A stretch of DNA of 64,000 nt, from the NCBI RefSeq assembly GCF_000181795.1, contig NW_003526946.1:615351-679350 (forward strand), in the 5' to 3' direction. Position numbers and translations under genes: made by a program. Under the pieces are notes generated by a model. That model was given only the letters and a program-made list of their open reading frames with translations. It was not told where the DNA came from and did not search any database. This document shows positions 60,229 through 64,000 of this stretch, in pieces. The stretch comes from Trichinella spiralis. Lineage: Eukaryota. Every line of letters starts with the position of its first letter. The stretch's first letter is position 1.

Positions 60229-61168
60229 TTAATGTTTCCGAAAACTTTTCAAAATTGGATAAATGCTAGTAAAAGCTTCGTCGATATCTCTTTTCTCTTT
60301 GGCACCAGTGATGACAACCTTACCAGAAACGAAGATCAAAAGCACCACCCGGGGCTTTACCATACGATAAATTAAACCTGGAAAAAGTTCCGGTTCGTAA
60401 GCACTAAACTGCGAATGAGTCAAGCAAAAGCTTTCCAGCTGAATCGGAAATCGAACGTCGCATGATCCAACCATATTCTGTACCTGAGTAGAGTGGCAAC
60501 GGAAAATAAATAAAACTGTTTAACAAACAATTACAATTTATTTAAAAACCATGCGTTTACCTTAAAATCCATAAACTTCGCATCAAACCCCAATTTCTGA
60601 ACAATACGAGCGTATTTACGTGCAGCAAGACGAGACAAGTCTTCAGATTTGGCACCAGTGCAGACCATCTTGCCGGAACTGAAGATCAACGCTGTGGTGC
60701 GGGGTTCACGAATACGCATAATAACAGCAGCAAAACGTTTCGGATTGTATTCCGCATTTCGGGCTTGTAAAGCGATTTGCTTCAAATCCAATTTGCAACC
60801 TTAACAATAAATTGTGAAAATCATAAAAAGCAAAAAAAATAAACCAAAGAGATCACAAAATGAGAAGTTTCTTTCTCACCGAGATTAACCGTAGAGACAA
60901 TATTTTGCAACTGTGGAACTGGCATGCTGGTATCCACAGAAGGAGTGGGTGGAAGGAATGCAGGAATACTTCCAACCGAAGTCGGTTGATTGGACATTGT
61001 GAAACTGCTGTGCGTCACCGATCCTACCATTGGTGTCATCGGTGGACACAGTGGCTGCACTCGGGGGGCCTCAGGCGCCACGCTCGGTGGTTTAAAAAGT
61101 GGTGTCATTTCGGCTGGAGTGCTCGCATCCACATCGTCTGGGCTCATTCCAAATTGTATGCTGTCCAT
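60229..61168 (-). CDS. tbp-1: TATA-box binding protein (260 aa); exons 61168-60880, 60799-60561, 60483-60229
   Basis: [88 protein letters not shown], with canonical splice sites. Confidence 0.97.
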
Positions 61169-64000
61169 TTCTACTTTTCACTGCTAAATCAATATCATAT
61201 GCACATTTACAAATAAAGTCGACTTTTATTTACCTCCAAATCATTAAACTATTTAATCTTGAAATTTATTTAAAAATTTACATCATTAATCAATTATTAA
61301 TAAGAATATCAGTAAGATTAACATGAAATGTAATATATATAACATGCAATCACAGTGCGAAAGGTATAAAGTATAAAATACTCAGTTCTATCGCAAAACC
61401 TTATCGTTTATCAACTGGAAATTTATCGCATATTCCATCCACTCCACGTAAGAAAATATTTCAGTAACGATATCTTTGATGAACAGAAATAAAAAGTATT
61501 AATTTGTAAAATAAGCAATGCTATCAATAGTAAAAAAAACAATTCAATAATTAAGACAATTAAAATCAGGATCAATTTTATGTAAATTCAATCATTTCTC
61601 AACTACCTTATCTCATCCAAATCAAAATAGCATCTATCAACTTTTTGATGCACTTTACCAAACAAGACATCGAACATTTCCCTGAATTTCTGTGAACATT
61701 AATGTCCGAATAAAAATTATTGAAATTCAGCATAAATTCCACAATATTTTAACAACTGAAAATCAAAAATCTAACAGAAAATCACAATTTATATGAAAAC
61801 ATTAAAACTTGAAAGTAAAATTCATATAATAGTAATAATAAGTATAATTCAATTAATAAAATCATCAAATACCATTAATTGTATCTAGCAATACATTATC
61901 AATAGTGTTTAAAGAAATCTGATCTACCTTCCAAACTTTGTTGTTTAAAAAATTACTCAAATGAATACTATAATAAATTCATCGTAACATTGAATCATCA
62001 ATCAGAGCCTACATGCCACAATAATACTGTAGAAAAAAAACAGTAGACTATATATAAACAGAATAGCCTTGCATAATTAACTGTCTGTAACGTAACAGAC
62101 GTAAACTTAACAGAAATCAGAATACAATAATACTTTATAACAGAATTCTAATTTCAAGTCTACCTAGACTGAAGTAATTAGATAACAGTGCGAAGACAGC
62201 ACTGATAAAGACGTATGATCACTCAGACTTAAACGGTATTATGGTACACATATTATGGAGAAGTAGTAACAGAACCATAAATTAAGATGCGTTTGACTTG
62301 ATGTGTTCAATGGAAAACTTGATGTATTCCATTCAGAAAACTATTCTCAATGGAAATAACGTATTCATCAGAAAGTAAAAATCAGGCATTTCTAGAATTA
62401 ATACACTATAAATTTGTAGCTACAACAACTTCAGCTAAATTGTGGAAAGTGAAATAATTAACTATTTATTTAATTAGCATTTCCTTGACCAAAGACTAAA
62501 TGTCACAAGCAGACAGAACCAATCTTTCATGGTTAAAATAAATTTCAACTGAAACTGCAAAAGAACTCATAAAAACATAACTTACATAAATATCATAATA
62601 TTCAATAATAGCCCAATGACAGCAGGAATATTTCAAAACTAAATTTTGTGATCGCTTCAGTACGAAAAATATTAATGCCTCGTAATATACACTTTAAGAC
62701 TTAATTCTGTACTACTCTATTTCCGTTTTTATCAACACGAAAAATGACCTTTTACAATTGCAATAAACTTGTCACTAGACTTGGAAATAAATTCTGTAAA
62801 AGTATATGAAAGTAACAAAAAAACGTATCGTTGATACCAAATAATTACTTTCAAATTTTCTATTGGCAAAACGAAGCATTTAAGTATTCAAAACACAAAA
62901 CTTTTATTTAAAAACTGAGTTAAATGAAAATTTTCACTGATAAAACAGACTGTTTGTTTATTGCAAAAAAATTTTAAAAATAAATGCACTCGTTACCTCT
63001 ACAAAACAGTAAAGACGCGTTTCTTTTCGTTTCTGTCGAACAAACTCACGATACTGTGAATAAAATGAACTGTATCTAGTATACTGTAATAAAGCAGGTT
63101 CGAATGTAATTTAGATGAAGCGTGCAATTTTGACTTTGCATTAAGAGCTAACAATAACAGTTCAGGTTTTAATGCATTATTGTTTGCATTCATCAATTCT
63201 TATGCAAAACGGTAAATAGTTTTGAAAATTCTTATTTATCAGTTACGTTAATGCAGGTTAACAAATACAGAACCCATAAAATTTATTTGTTATGGTTTGC
63301 TATGAAGAATAAATAGTTCATGAAATGAAATTTATAAGATTAAACTTTAACAAATTTAAGACACTTTTTTATTCTTTTATTTTTCTAGTGGAATTTTTTT
63401 TGAACAGATTTTAAAATAAATACGCCACAATACTAAATAAATAGAGTAATTTTAGTATAATATTTTTGTTTTATCTTTGCAATGCTTGTTTGTTCAAAAA
63501 CATTAAGCATTGTTGTCGCTTGCAATTTGTATAGTATTTTGTAAACTGATATGCTGTTTATTTTTTTTTGATTCATAGAGTATATTCATTAGTATATATA
63601 TATATATTCGTTACTAATTATAATTGCACACAAACAAACATGTACATATAATAGATACGTTTACTGAAAAAACAGGGGCATTTTCTTTATTTTTTTTACA
63701 AGCTCATTTATTTATTTTACAGGAAGATCATGCTATAGAAGTTATAATAAAAGTTCTTTGTTAGTTTTAATTTTATCAAAATTCATTGATTTTAAATTTA
63801 TTTTCTTTTAAAATGATCCTTAACAAAATGTAGAAATAAGCAAGCAGTTGTGTTCGTATTAATTAAGTAATTCAATTTTTATCGATTTGTGTGCAGCAGT
63901 AAATTGTTCTTTCAGCTACGATTCCGTTTTTTCTGTTCATTTTTGAATTGTTAAATCAGTGAATGATGGATGCATTGCTGTACAATTTGATAAAATTTAT

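Noticed and set aside
61300..64000. Possible genes in the AT-rich tail
   Set aside because: Only short, low-complexity ORFs. Nothing supportable.

Overview
AT-rich eukaryotic DNA with short GT-AG introns, most consistent with a clade I nematode such as Trichinella (inferred from the FLYWCH-MULE family, intron style and Argonaute type, not proven). Bases ~0.7-42.5 kb are a dense, rearranged transposon field. It holds a Ginger-type integrase transposon with TIRs and a TATA target duplication, nested in a FLYWCH-MULE, plus several further MULE relics. It also holds fragments of at least four R2-clade non-LTR retrotransposon lineages, stacked head-to-tail between the two halves of a degenerate 28S rRNA R2 target site outside any rDNA unit. 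A ~15 kb inverted duplication (arms ~24.1-30.8 kb and ~33.0-39.1 kb) and a locally amplified AT-rich repeat complete the field. Bases ~44-61 kb carry host genes: two intronless inverted REEP5/Yop1-like copies flanking an ALG-3/4-like Argonaute with a DEDD tetrad (gapped and partly duplicated), a secreted Ig-fold/TSP1-like (FAM187-like) gene and TBP. The most notable candidate system is an ectopic rDNA-target R2 stack with element-borne 28S-like leaders, copied into a giant hairpin near an Argonaute. Several N gaps mean that some duplications may be assembly artefacts.
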